Below, in pieces: positions 48,848-59,092 of a DNA stretch of 64,000 nt (the stretch's first letter is position 1; each line of letters starts with the position of its first letter). The DNA is from Dethiobacteria bacterium (GTDB lineage Bacteria; Bacillota; Dethiobacteria; DTU022; UBA8154), in assembly GCA_050948825.1 (NCBI GenBank), contig JBMNEO010000007.1, positions 40,019 to 104,018 of the forward strand, given 5' to 3'. The translations under genes and the position numbers were made by a program. The notes under the pieces were generated by a model. It saw only the letters and a program-made list of their open reading frames with translations, was not told the origin of the DNA and did no database searches.

Positions 48848-49432
48848 ATGAAGGCGGTGGGTGACCTTATGTTTTTAAATGATAAAAAAATCAACATGAG
48901 AAAAAAAAAGAGATTATTCTCAGGATATTTATTCTATTTCTGCTGCGGAGCCTTTATTGGAATTCTAATAAGTATTATATTTATCATTTCCGTAGTTTAT
49001 TTGAATCCGAATGGAATTAATATTTATCTTAACAAGGAACAAATATTTAATGCGATTAGTTATGAGGTAGACCGTCAGACACAGGAAGAATTTCCGGCTT
49101 TTATTCAACAGGTTCGCTCTGAAGTTCCATTTCTAGTGGAAAAGTATATGAAGGAGGACTTTATTAGAATCGGTGACCTGGAGATTGGTGGCTACACTGT
49201 TGAGCTTCCGGATCAGTTTATTGAGGAACTGGAAAAAGGCTTGCGCAATGATGTTACCTATTATGTTTATGAATTGCTTGATACGCTGGAGAGGGAGGAG
49301 TTTGTCAATGAGTTAAGCCGCAGTATAACGGGTGATGCATTAAATTCGCTGTTTTTTGACTTAAATGGGCGGAAAGTATCGATTCCACTGACGGATTATT
49401 ATTCTATCCCTCTCAGGGTATGGCTGGAGTAG
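48848..49432 (+). CDS. Hypothetical membrane-anchored protein
   Basis: An N-terminal TM segment plus a soluble domain. No recognisable motifs. Confidence 0.4.
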   Translation: MKAVGDLMFLNDKKINMRKKKRLFSGYLFYFCCGAFIGILISIIFIISVVYLNPNGINIYLNKEQIFNAISYEVDRQTQEEFPAFIQQVRSEVPFLVEKYMKEDFIRIGDLEIGGYTVELPDQFIEELEKGLRNDVTYYVYELLDTLEREEFVNELSRSITGDALNSLFFDLNGRKVSIPLTDYYSIPLRVWLE

Positions 49433-49586
49433 TTTTTACCGTTGGTTGCTTGTTATTTACTGTCGGCTATGTTATACTACCTATTGTTTAAATACACACG
49501 CCGTGAAAATTGTAGAGAGGTGCTCCTGATGAGTTCTCTATAATAATGATCAGGCGGAGGCTAACCAAAGGGAGGAACCATTTAAT

Positions 49587-50432
49587 ATGTCCGTAGTAAC
49601 AATGAAGCAGTTGTTGGAAGCTGGAGTCCATTTTGGACACCAGACGAGGCGTTGGAATCCTAAGATGAGGGAATATATTTTTACGGAGCGTAATGGTATC
49701 TATATCATTGATCTGCAAAAAACAGTTCGTCTCATGGAAGGTGTTTATACTTTTGTAAAAAGAATAACCATGCAGGGGGAAAAGATTCTTTTTGTGGGGA
49801 CGAAAAAACAGGCTCAGGAATCTATTGAAGTTGAAGCAGTACGCTGTGAGATGCCGTATGTTAATCAACGCTGGCTTGGCGGCATGCTTACGAATTTTAA
49901 TACAATACGTAAGCGTATTAACAGGCTGATTGAGCTGGAGCAAATGGAAGAAGAAGGCCGGTTTGCCTTGTTGCCGAAAAAAGAAGTTATCAAGCTGAAT
50001 CATGAAAAGGACAAGTTACTTAAATTCTTAGGCGGCATTCGGGATATGCAAGAACTTCCCGGTGCAGTTTTTGTTGTTGATCCGAGAAAAGAAAGAATTG
50101 CAATTGCAGAAGCTCGTAAATTGGAGATACCGATTATATCTATTGTCGATACAAATTGTGATCCTGATGAGATTGATTATATCATTCCTGGCAATGATGA
50201 TGCTATCAGAGCAGTTAAGTTAATTACTTCAAAAATTGCTGAAGCGGTCCTTGAAGGTAAACAGGGTTTGCAAATTGCCCAGGAAGAAGCTGCTGAAGAG
50301 GCGAAACAAGATGAACTATCCAAAGTTGAAGCGCAGAATACTTTTCCCGAAAATGAATTAGATGAAGAAAAACGTGATGAGAGTAACGAACAAAAGACCG
50401 GTGTAGAGGCAGTAGAAACAGAAGGAGAATAG
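49587..50432 (+). CDS. rpsB: 30S ribosomal protein S2
   Basis: [19 protein letters not shown] is the S2 signature. An acidic C-terminal tail follows. Confidence 0.95.
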   Translation: MSVVTMKQLLEAGVHFGHQTRRWNPKMREYIFTERNGIYIIDLQKTVRLMEGVYTFVKRITMQGEKILFVGTKKQAQESIEVEAVRCEMPYVNQRWLGGMLTNFNTIRKRINRLIELEQMEEEGRFALLPKKEVIKLNHEKDKLLKFLGGIRDMQELPGAVFVVDPRKERIAIAEARKLEIPIISIVDTNCDPDEIDYIIPGNDDAIRAVKLITSKIAEAVLEGKQGLQIAQEEAAEEAKQDELSKVEAQNTFPENELDEEKRDESNEQKTGVEAVETEGE

Positions 50433-50482
50433 AATACAATTATTTTCTTATATCATAAAAACAGAGACAGGAGGAGTAAAAG

Positions 50483-51097
50483 ATGATTAGTGCCGAAATG
50501 GTAAAAGAACTTCGTGCTTTAACCGGTGTCGGTATGATGGACTGTAAAAAAGCTCTTATCGAAGCCGGTGGAGATAAAGAAAAGGCGAAGGAGTTGCTTC
50601 GTGAAAAAGGCCTTTCCGTTGCGGCAAAAAGGGCGGGCCGTATAGCCGCTCAGGGCGTGGTCGAGTCTTATATTCACCTGGGAGGAAAAGTTGGGGTTCT
50701 GGTAGAGGTTAACTGCGAGACGGATTTTGTCGCCCGGAATGAAGATTTCAGGGCATTTGTCAAGGATATTTGCCTGCAGGTGGCTGCAACAAATCCTTCT
50801 TACCTCAAACGCGAAGAAGTCCCGCCAGAGGTGATGGAAAAAGAGAAGGAGATTTTGACAAAACAGGCACTTGCTGAAGGAAAGCCTGAAAAGATTGTAG
50901 AAAAAATTGTAACGGGCAGGATGGAAAAATTCTACACTGAAAATTGTCTTCTTGACCAGGAGTATATCAAGGATCAGGATAAAACAATAAAAGCTCTGTT
51001 AACAGAGCTAATAGGTAAAATTGGAGAAAATATTGTTATACGCCGGTTTGTGCGTTTTGAAATGGGAGAGGGCCTGGATTATTCAGATACCCCCTAA
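50483..51097 (+). CDS. tsf: Elongation factor Ts (short form)
   Basis: [16 protein letters not shown] marks the UBA-like N-terminus. The core contains [11 protein letters not shown]. Confidence 0.9.
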   Translation: MISAEMVKELRALTGVGMMDCKKALIEAGGDKEKAKELLREKGLSVAAKRAGRIAAQGVVESYIHLGGKVGVLVEVNCETDFVARNEDFRAFVKDICLQVAATNPSYLKREEVPPEVMEKEKEILTKQALAEGKPEKIVEKIVTGRMEKFYTENCLLDQEYIKDQDKTIKALLTELIGKIGENIVIRRFVRFEMGEGLDYSDTP

Positions 51098-51117
51098 TGA
51101 AGTTGTATTCTTGTGAA

Positions 51118-51152
51118 TAAAAGGAACACCGATGGGTGTTCCTTTTATATTG
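51118..51152 (+). terminator. Strong rho-independent terminator after tsf
   Basis: AAAGGAACACC-GATG-GGTGTTCCTTTT is followed by a T-run. Confidence 0.8.
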
Positions 51153-51186
51153 GTTTTATATCTATTTATCGAAAGGATGTAATAGT

Positions 51187-51733
51187 AATGCCGGTTTATG
51201 AATTTGAAGGAAAGAGGCCAAGGATTGCAGCCAGTGCTTTTGTTTATCCTGAAGCAACGATCATTGGAGATGTTGTTATCGGGGAAGGTTGTTACATCGG
51301 CCCGGGTGCGCGGATTAGAGGCGATTGGGGAGCAGTTGTTATAGGTGCTAATTCCAATATACAGGAAAATTGCATTATTCATTCTGCTCCTGATGCCGTT
51401 ACTTTACTTGCCGAAAGAAGTCATGTGGGGCATGGTTCCATTTTACACGGGCCTGTTCTGGAGGAGCACGTTGAAATTGGAATGGGTGCCATTATTATGG
51501 ATAATGTCAGAATTGGGGCCGGCAGCTGCATCGGGGCAGGAGCCCTCGTAACCGCCGGGACAATTATTGCGCCAGGGAGACTGTACATAGGTGTGCCGGC
51601 CAAAGACGCGGGGGAGATTACTTTGGAAATGAGCAAGTACATGGATTATGCTACCGGTGTATATATTAAGCTGCCGCCCCGGTGTTTTAAGGGGCTGGTT
51701 CAATTAGATATAAAGGATGTAATTGCCAGGTAA
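51187..51733 (+). CDS. Gamma-class carbonic anhydrase / PaaY-CaiE-like hexapeptide-repeat protein
   Basis: A left-handed beta-helix with hexapeptide repeats. His residues sit in gamma-CA positions (HSA, HGS..H). Confidence 0.7.
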
Positions 51734-51916
51734 GACTTTTAAGAAAAAATTACTGCAGGTGAAATCTTTTTCTAAATTAAGCTTAATTGCAGCTTTTTTT
51801 CCTAAAATAAGGCTTGTGTTTCATAACACTTTAATAACAAAAGAAGGAGTTTTCCAAATCATTGCCGAAAATATAATTTGAGATTGTAAACAAGTATAAT
51901 AATGAGAGGTGATTAC

Positions 51917-52663
51917 ATGCGATTAAAGGACAAGGTAATTATTGTAACCGGTGCGCGAAAAGGTATCGGCGAGTCGGTAGCCCTGGCGCTGGCCAGGGAG
52001 GGCGCCGATCTTGTACTGGTTAGCCGAAGCATCCAGCCTGATGCTCCTTTGGTGCAGGAGGTTAAAAATCTTGGCCGCCGGGTATTTGTGAAACAGGTAG
52101 ATGTTGGCAACAGGGCACAAGTTTTTGAAATGGTTGACCAAGCTTTAGAGTATTTTGGCCGGATAGACGCACTATTTAACAATGCAGGGGTCAGCAAGCC
52201 TGTTATGCTCTGGAATACAACCGAAGAACAGTGGGAAGACATTATCAGGATAAATCTCAGCGGTACCTTTTACTGTATTCAAGCGGTGGCAAAACCGATG
52301 ATGGAGCAGAAGTCCGGTTCAATCATTAACGTTACTTCTTCAGCCGGCCTGAATGGAACGATCGGGCAGGCAAACTACACTGCTGCCAAAGGTGGCATAT
52401 ATGCTTTATCCAAGTCTGCCGCCAAAGAACTGGCCAGGTATTCTATACGGGTGAATACCATTTCACCGATGGCTGAAACTGATATGACGCAAAAAATTGC
52501 ACACGATCCAAAATTTAAAGAAAAATATCTGGAGCGTATTCCTTTAGGCCGCTTTGCCAAACCAGAGGAAATAGCTCCTGCGGTTGTCTTTTTAGCCTCG
52601 GATGAATCAAGTTTTATAACCGGTCAGACGATCTGTATTGATGGCGGAATGATTATGCCCTAG
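51917..52663 (+). CDS. SDR-family oxidoreductase (3-oxoacyl-ACP / 3-hydroxyacyl-CoA dehydrogenase-like)
   Basis: TGARKGIG is the cofactor-binding site. The NAG and YTAAK motifs supply the catalytic Tyr-Lys. Confidence 0.8.
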   Translation: MRLKDKVIIVTGARKGIGESVALALAREGADLVLVSRSIQPDAPLVQEVKNLGRRVFVKQVDVGNRAQVFEMVDQALEYFGRIDALFNNAGVSKPVMLWNTTEEQWEDIIRINLSGTFYCIQAVAKPMMEQKSGSIINVTSSAGLNGTIGQANYTAAKGGIYALSKSAAKELARYSIRVNTISPMAETDMTQKIAHDPKFKEKYLERIPLGRFAKPEEIAPAVVFLASDESSFITGQTICIDGGMIMP

Positions 52664-52696
52664 GCGTAAATAAACAAATTTGGGGGAGGGAACAAT

Positions 52697-53851
52697 ATGC
52701 CAAAAGATGTGGCCATTATCGGAGTAGGCCAGAGTACTTTCGTGAGAAATTATGAAGGTTCTATCAGGGAATTAGCTTTTGAAGCATACAGTGAAGCGAT
52801 GAAAGATGCAGGAATAACGAACAAGGATGTTGGTGCCTCAATTATTTGCTCAGCGCCGGAGTATGATAAACAACGCAGTCCTGCCGGTCTTATGGCGGAG
52901 TACCTGGGCTTAAATCCACAACCTACTTTTGCATTGGAATCAGTTTGTTCTTCAAGCACCAGCGGCTTAAGAGCTGCCTATGCACTTATCAAATCAGGGT
53001 TGCACGATATTGTTGTTGTGCTGGGTTTCCAAAAGATGTCTGAAATCACTTCCGCAGATTCTCAGGAACGTATGGGGCGCGGAGCGGATATTATGTGGGA
53101 ATCACCTTTTGGGACAATGATGCCTGCTTATTATGCGATGCATGCTCGCGCACATTTTGCCCGGTATGGCACGACGGAGGAGGATCTTGCGTTAATTAGA
53201 GTAAAAGCGACCAAGTATGGTACGCTTAACGAAAAAGCAGTCTACCGCAAACAGCTTACACTGGAACAATGTGTAAATTCCGAATACATTGCCAGCCCGT
53301 TAAAAAAATTTGATTGTTGTGCGAATGCGGACGGCTCTTCCTGTATGATTCTGGCCAGTGCGGATAGAGCTAAGGAAATATCTAAAAAGCCGGTGTGGAT
53401 TTTGGGGACGGGATCGGGAACAGCTTCCCTGACGATGACGGGCAGGGATGCATTAGATGGCCTCAATTGTGCCCGGGTGGCTGCCCAGGAGGCTTACAAG
53501 ATGGCCGGGGTAGGCCCGCAGGATATTGATGTAGCAGAGGTTCACGATTGTTTTACCATCGCCGAGATGATGGCTTACGAGAACCTTGGTTTTGCTGAGC
53601 CCGGCAAAGGAGCGGAGCTAATTCGGGAAGGGGAAACTTACCTGGAGGGAAAGATTCCCGTAAATGTTGACGGCGGCCTTCTGTCTAAAGGTCATCCCAT
53701 CGGGGCTACCGGCGGTTCACAGGTTCGTACCATTGTATTGCAGTTGCGTGGTGAGGCCGGTGAGATACAAGTACCGGGTGCAGAGATCGGTCTGGTGCAT
53801 AATATTGGCGGCGTTGGAATATACGGCAATGTGGCCATTTTTGGGAGGTAA
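52697..53851 (+). CDS. SCP-x-type thiolase family protein
   Basis: A thiolase fold lacking classical Cys motifs. Typical of thiolases that pair with DUF35 proteins. Confidence 0.7.
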   Translation: MPKDVAIIGVGQSTFVRNYEGSIRELAFEAYSEAMKDAGITNKDVGASIICSAPEYDKQRSPAGLMAEYLGLNPQPTFALESVCSSSTSGLRAAYALIKSGLHDIVVVLGFQKMSEITSADSQERMGRGADIMWESPFGTMMPAYYAMHARAHFARYGTTEEDLALIRVKATKYGTLNEKAVYRKQLTLEQCVNSEYIASPLKKFDCCANADGSSCMILASADRAKEISKKPVWILGTGSGTASLTMTGRDALDGLNCARVAAQEAYKMAGVGPQDIDVAEVHDCFTIAEMMAYENLGFAEPGKGAELIREGETYLEGKIPVNVDGGLLSKGHPIGATGGSQVRTIVLQLRGEAGEIQVPGAEIGLVHNIGGVGIYGNVAIFGR

Positions 53852-53855
53852 AAAA

Positions 53856-54266
53856 ATGGGTTTTGAAAAATTTGGACATGTCAGCTTTACATCTCAAACA
53901 AAAACAGAGGCTTTTGTAGATTATCTGAGCAAAAATGAAATTCGTGCTACCAAATGCCGCGCGTGTGGCCGCGTCTTTTTCCCGCCGCAAGCAGATTGCA
54001 GTTCTTGTCTGGCGAGAGATATGGAGTGGATTAAAGTTGAAGGCAACGGGAAGATTATAAGTTTTACTAAAGTAAATTATGGCCCCACTGGTTTCGAAGA
54101 TGATGTACCCTATATTCTTGCCCTGGCGGATTTCAATGGCATAAAAGTTTTTGGCCGTTTTAGTAAGGATACTTCTGAAGAACAAATTTCAGTTGGGGTG
54201 GAAATAAAAGCTGAGCCGATTTCTCTTCCTGATGGACAGGTAAGTTATCAATTTCTACCGGTATGA
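53856..54266 (+). CDS. DUF35 OB-fold / rubredoxin-like Zn-ribbon protein (thiolase partner)
   Basis: CRACGRVFFPP..CSSC forms the Zn ribbon. The gene starts 5 nt after the thiolase stop. The ORF-track 5' extension from 53664 is discarded. Confidence 0.7.
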   Translation: MGFEKFGHVSFTSQTKTEAFVDYLSKNEIRATKCRACGRVFFPPQADCSSCLARDMEWIKVEGNGKIISFTKVNYGPTGFEDDVPYILALADFNGIKVFGRFSKDTSEEQISVGVEIKAEPISLPDGQVSYQFLPV

Positions 54267-54321
54267 TCCGGTTAAGCAATGTTATCATGCAGCGGTTTTA
54301 AGATGAAAGGGGTTTCGGCGA

Positions 54322-55149
54322 ATGGACGCTCCCGTAATAGATTTTCATCTTCACCCTATACATTACGAGTATTACGGAGATAGTACTCTTAATTGGATTA
54401 AGGGTATGCATCCGGCAAAGAACTGGGATGAATTTTACGCAGCATACTGTAATCCGAATTTATTCGTGCAATACTTAAAAGCAAGCGGTGTCGATTACGG
54501 AGTCGTCCTGGCAGAGCTTAGTCCTGCAGTAACAGGTATATGTTCCAACGAATATGTGCTTGAGTTTTGCCAGGGGCAGGAAATGCTAATCCCATTCGCC
54601 AGCATAAACCCCTTTACGACTGTTAGAATGGAGAAAGAGCTGCAGCTTTTGGTAGAAAAAGGGTTTCGGGGATTAAAATTGTATCCCACTTATCAGCATT
54701 TTTATCCAAATGACTCTTCAATGTATCCGTTATATGCCCGGGCCGAGGAGTTACAAATTCCGGTTATGTTTCATACCGGTTCTTCTGTTTTTAAGGGGGC
54801 AAGGCTTAAATATGGGGATCCCCTTTATCTTGATGATGTGGCTGTTGATTTTCCAAAGTTGAAGATTGTTCTTGTCCATGGTGGCAGGGGATTCTGGTAT
54901 GACAGAGCTTTTTTCTTAACAAAGCTGCATGCTAATGTCTATATGGAGATAGCAGGGTTGCCTCCTAAAAAGTTGCCTTATTATTTCCCTGAGCTGGAAA
55001 AAATTGGTCAAAAGGTATTATTTGGCTCTGACTGGCCTGGAGTAAAGGATATCAAACAAAATATTAATGATTTAAGACAGCTGCCTCTTAATGAATCAGT
55101 AAAAGAACGAATTTTAGGTATTAATGCCGCAGTTTTACTGAATATATAA
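54322..55149 (+). CDS. Amidohydrolase-2 (ACMSD/LigW-like) family metal-dependent hydrolase/decarboxylase
   Basis: VIDFHLHP opens the protein. TIM-barrel His/Asp ligands appear as VHGG and D..P. Confidence 0.65.
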   Translation: MDAPVIDFHLHPIHYEYYGDSTLNWIKGMHPAKNWDEFYAAYCNPNLFVQYLKASGVDYGVVLAELSPAVTGICSNEYVLEFCQGQEMLIPFASINPFTTVRMEKELQLLVEKGFRGLKLYPTYQHFYPNDSSMYPLYARAEELQIPVMFHTGSSVFKGARLKYGDPLYLDDVAVDFPKLKIVLVHGGRGFWYDRAFFLTKLHANVYMEIAGLPPKKLPYYFPELEKIGQKVLFGSDWPGVKDIKQNINDLRQLPLNESVKERILGINAAVLLNI

Positions 55150-55624
55150 ATTATAAAACTACAATATATGACTTATGGATTAACGCTGATAATATTCAGA
55201 CATTATACTATAATCAAAAAAAGGTGATATTTAAATTTTTTTTATATTTTCTGCAGGGAAAACTAGATAATTATAGAATATGTATTATTAAGAATAAATA
55301 ATAATGGCAAAGATAATTAACGGAAGGCGGGGATGTGTATTCGTCAATAAGTCAGGCAATTAGCAAAGTATAAAATAGTTCACACATTAGGATCTGAAAT
55401 AACTCTTATAACTAAATCCCATCTATATTTTCAGCGCTAATTTTTGTGGTTTGGCAGTTATATAGGGTTTATTTAAAAATGCATTTTTCAGGTTGAAGAA
55501 TGGTAGTATGGATACCTCTGCGTAAAATGTGATCTGCCCTGTCGTTTAGTTGGAAAGTAATACGGCAGCATGGATTGGTTTCCTGAATGGAAAATGAATT
55601 ATAATTTGTGGAGGTGTCTTTTTT

Positions 55625-56623
55625 ATGCTTAACCCTCTCAATATCTTGATTGTATTACAACCCGGGTTGGGTACCCCGAATGAGTACGAACAATTGATTA
55701 AAGAACGTTTCCCGGATAAAGTTGCCAGCGGCGAAATTCGTATCCGTTTATCCCAGGATGGTTCATCTCTTGATGATGATGTTTTAGATACGCATATTAT
55801 CGGTACAGGAATGATCGTTGAAAAAATCCCGCAGATGAAAAACCTGCAGTGGGTAATGACCTTTAGCTCAGGTTATGATCATTTTATTAAGTGGGGCCAA
55901 ATGCCCGCACATGTCCCGCTGCTGCATCTGCCCGGAGGTTCCGGAATACCGGTGGCGGAATTTACCCTTGGTCTGATGTTAAATTTAACAAAAAAATATA
56001 ATCAGATATGGGATAATCAAAAAGGAAAAAAATTTATCCGTGTATGTGGCGAAGAACTCTATGGAAAAACTCTGGGGATAATTGGTCTTGGGGGAATTGG
56101 GCGCCAAATTGCCAAAAGGGCCAAGGGCTTTGATATGCGCGTGATTGGAACCGATATTCTGATTATGGATATCCCCAATGTAGATGAAATGTATTTAAAT
56201 GAGCAGGTGGACGAAGTAATTAAACAGGCGGATTTTCTTGTTCTCTCATGTCCTGAGACTCCCGAAACTCTGGGTTTGATGAATGAAGAACGTTTTAAAA
56301 TGATGAAAAAGACAGCGTACCTGATAAATTGTGCCCGCGGTTCATTGGTTGTTAAAGATGCCCTGATGAAAGCTTTGAGGGAGGGATGGATAGCCGGAGC
56401 TGCTAACGATACGCAGTGGATTAAAAATCCTCTGCCATCTTACCTTCCTCCAGAAGATGAATTATGGGAAACGCCAAATGTTATTATTACCCCACATGTT
56501 TCCAGCTGGACGGATATGTATGCTGCGAGGTTCGGCGGGGTTTTTATAGATAATATCGAACGCTTTTTAAAAGGGGAACCATTAAGTAATATTGCTCCGG
56601 AATTTGAGCCCAATCGCAAATGA
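55625..56623 (+). CDS. D-isomer-specific 2-hydroxyacid dehydrogenase, NAD-binding
   Basis: GIIGLGGIGRQIA is the NAD-binding site. The catalytic motifs CARG and a His fall within ITPHVS. Confidence 0.8.
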   Translation: MLNPLNILIVLQPGLGTPNEYEQLIKERFPDKVASGEIRIRLSQDGSSLDDDVLDTHIIGTGMIVEKIPQMKNLQWVMTFSSGYDHFIKWGQMPAHVPLLHLPGGSGIPVAEFTLGLMLNLTKKYNQIWDNQKGKKFIRVCGEELYGKTLGIIGLGGIGRQIAKRAKGFDMRVIGTDILIMDIPNVDEMYLNEQVDEVIKQADFLVLSCPETPETLGLMNEERFKMMKKTAYLINCARGSLVVKDALMKALREGWIAGAANDTQWIKNPLPSYLPPEDELWETPNVIITPHVSSWTDMYAARFGGVFIDNIERFLKGEPLSNIAPEFEPNRK

Positions 56624-56706
56624 CAATGTGTGTAGTTCTCGCAGTTGCCCTGGGAGCTATACTGAGAACAGGTAAATATATTTAAGTTGCAGAAAGGAGA
56701 TAGCAA

Positions 56707-57870
56707 GTGAGCATAGAAGTATTAGAAGTCCTAAAAAAAACATTTGCAGATCCCGGCTGGCAGGTCAAGGAGTGGAAACAAGATACAGGCGGCAAAGCGA
56801 TCGGTTTTCTTTTGACTGAAGTTCCGGAGGAGTTAATTCATGCAGCTGGTTTCTTCCCTTTTGGCATTTGTGGCGGTAGAGCCAGGATGGAGCAGGCGGA
56901 AGCCCACTTGCAATCCTGGGCGTGTTCTTATGTCCGTAAGGGGTTGGCCCTGGCTTTAAACGGCGAACTTGATTTTTTAGATGGGGTGATTGTTCCGCTC
57001 ACATGTGATTCTACCCGTTTGCTTCCTGGTATCTGGAAACATAACACACCGCTTCCCTATATGGATAGCTACCGCTTGCCAAGACAGGTTGAACGTCCGA
57101 GCGCCAAAAAGTACCTTCTTGGGGAGCTGGAGAGAATTACGCGCAACCTGGGTGCATACAGAGGAAAAGAGATTACCGATGAAGAACTAAAACATAGTAT
57201 CCAGCTTTATAACAGCAACAGAGGCTTGCTGCGCAAGTTGTACAACATTCATGAGCTTAATCCGGATGCTATTAGTAATAAAGATCTTTACGCTGTGCTG
57301 GGAGCATCCATGGTAATTGAAAGAGAAAAACTAAACCGCCTTTTAAGTGAGCTGGTGGTAACGCTGGAAAAAGAAACAAGCCCCCGGGTTAGTGATAATA
57401 AAACAAAACTATATATTTCCGGCACATTTATCAATCCCCCGGAAGTATTGGATTACCTGGATGAAAGTGGTGTGACCGTCGTAGGGGATGATCTTAAAAA
57501 CGGATTTCGTTATATCGAAGCTGATGTTGAGGATACCGGTGTACCCCCCCTGGAGTCGCTGGCAAACCGTCAGCTAAAGAAAACACCTTTTGCCGCTTAT
57601 GATGTACCTTTTGCTCCGCGACGGTATAACCTGGTAAAAACAGCACAGCAGAAAAAGGCACAGGGGGTACTTTTTCTGCACCTGAAATACTGTGAACCGG
57701 AGAACTATGATTTCTATGACAACCTGCAGGCCTTAGAAAAGGCGGGTATCCCCTCCCTGCGTATTGAAACCGAATTCGGAGAAACCTCACTGGGTCAACT
57801 GCAGACAAGAATACATGCATTTATGGAGATGGTTGGAGGTGAAGGCAATGTCCGAGAAAAAGGTTTTTAA
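56707..57870 (+). CDS. 2-hydroxyacyl-CoA dehydratase family, beta/D-type subunit (HgdB/BcrB-BadD-like)
   Basis: Conserved Cys residues appear in the WACSYVRKGL and PLTCDSTRL contexts. 387 aa. Confidence 0.7.
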   Translation: MSIEVLEVLKKTFADPGWQVKEWKQDTGGKAIGFLLTEVPEELIHAAGFFPFGICGGRARMEQAEAHLQSWACSYVRKGLALALNGELDFLDGVIVPLTCDSTRLLPGIWKHNTPLPYMDSYRLPRQVERPSAKKYLLGELERITRNLGAYRGKEITDEELKHSIQLYNSNRGLLRKLYNIHELNPDAISNKDLYAVLGASMVIEREKLNRLLSELVVTLEKETSPRVSDNKTKLYISGTFINPPEVLDYLDESGVTVVGDDLKNGFRYIEADVEDTGVPPLESLANRQLKKTPFAAYDVPFAPRRYNLVKTAQQKKAQGVLFLHLKYCEPENYDFYDNLQALEKAGIPSLRIETEFGETSLGQLQTRIHAFMEMVGGEGNVREKGF

Positions 57871-59057
57871 AACAGCTGCCCGGATGAAGGAGATCATGCA
57901 AGAATATTATGACAAAGGAGTTGCTGCAAAAGAAAAACGCATTCCAGTCGCCTGGGTGACTGCAATCTTTCCGGTAGAGATACTTTATGCAGCGGGGATT
58001 TTCCCCTATTACCCGGAAAACTTCGGTGCGGTGGCTTCAGCCAGGAAGGTGGCGGATAAACTCTCCCGTTATGCCGAGGCCAAAGGGTATGCCCATGATC
58101 TGTGCGGTTATGCCCGCTGCGGCATTGGAGATGCCTATGCCGATGAGCACCCGGTAGGAGAAATTCTTAAGCCGGATGTAGCATTTTGCTGCAATACCCA
58201 GTGCGGTTCCCTAGCAAAATGGTTTGAAGTAGCCGGCAGATTTTATAATGTACCTTACTTCCTGCTCGATGCACCCCAGATACTGGATCAGCCTGAAGAG
58301 CTTGTCATCGGTTATTACGTAGACCAGCTAAAAGAGATGATTGCCTTCCTGGAAGGGATCACCGGCAAACCCTTTGACTATGATCGCTTGATCGAGGTGC
58401 TGCACCTCTGCCAACGAAACATGTAAACTCTGGAATGAGATTCTTGATACCGCTGCCATGAAGCCGGCTCCTTTCGGATTTTTTGATGCATGTTTTCACA
58501 TGGCCCCTATTGTTACCATGCGCGGTACACGCGAGGCAGTTGAATATTACCAGATGCTCAAGCAAGAAGTTGATGATAGGATAAAAGAAGGAACAACCGC
58601 TATACCCGATGAGCGTTTTAAACTTTACTTTGACCATATACCCCTTTGGCCAAAGTTGCGCTGGTTTTCCGATCTGTTTTCAACCCATAATGCCCTGGTA
58701 GCTGTTTCTCAATATACCCATTCCTGGGCGTATTCCTTTGATCTTGCCCGCCCACTGGAAAGCCTGGCAGAAAACTATACTTCAGGGTTTGTTAACCGTT
58801 CTTTTGAATATAGATTGAAGTTAAAAATGAACTTTTTCAAAAAGTATGGCGTTGACGGTTTTGTGCTTTTCTCAAACCGCAGCTGTAAATCAACCTCTCT
58901 GGGCCTTTATGACAAACGCAGCGTTTTAAGCGAGAGAACCGGCCTTCCGGGGGTGGTTTTTGATGCTGATATGTCCGACTTGCGCTTTTTCTCCGAGGCC
59001 CAGTTTCTTGCCAGGTTGGAACCGTTTTTTGAACAATTGGCTTCATCATCCCAATGA
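57848..59057 (+). CDS. 2-hydroxyacyl-CoA dehydratase family, alpha-type subunit (HgdA-like), split by a 1-nt frameshift near 58415
   Basis: The N-terminal half (57848-58426) ends ..LHLCQRNM*. The C-terminal half continues as ETCKLWNEILDTAAMKPAPF.. in the +2 frame. Together they make ~400 aa typical of HgdA. Confidence 0.65.
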
Positions 59058-59092
59058 AGCCCCAGCAGCTAGAAGAAAGGAGGAGTAAAACA

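Noticed and set aside
53664-53855. ORF-track N-terminal extension of the DUF35 gene overlapping the thiolase 3' end
   Set aside because: The extension is out-of-frame overlap with the thiolase. The conserved DUF35 protein begins at the ATG at 53856 right after the thiolase stop.
57764-57847. ORF-track 5' extension of the HgdA-like gene (MKPNSEKPHW...)
   Set aside because: It overlaps the upstream dehydratase-subunit gene. An ATG at 57848 preceded by GGAGGTGAAGG is the credible start.
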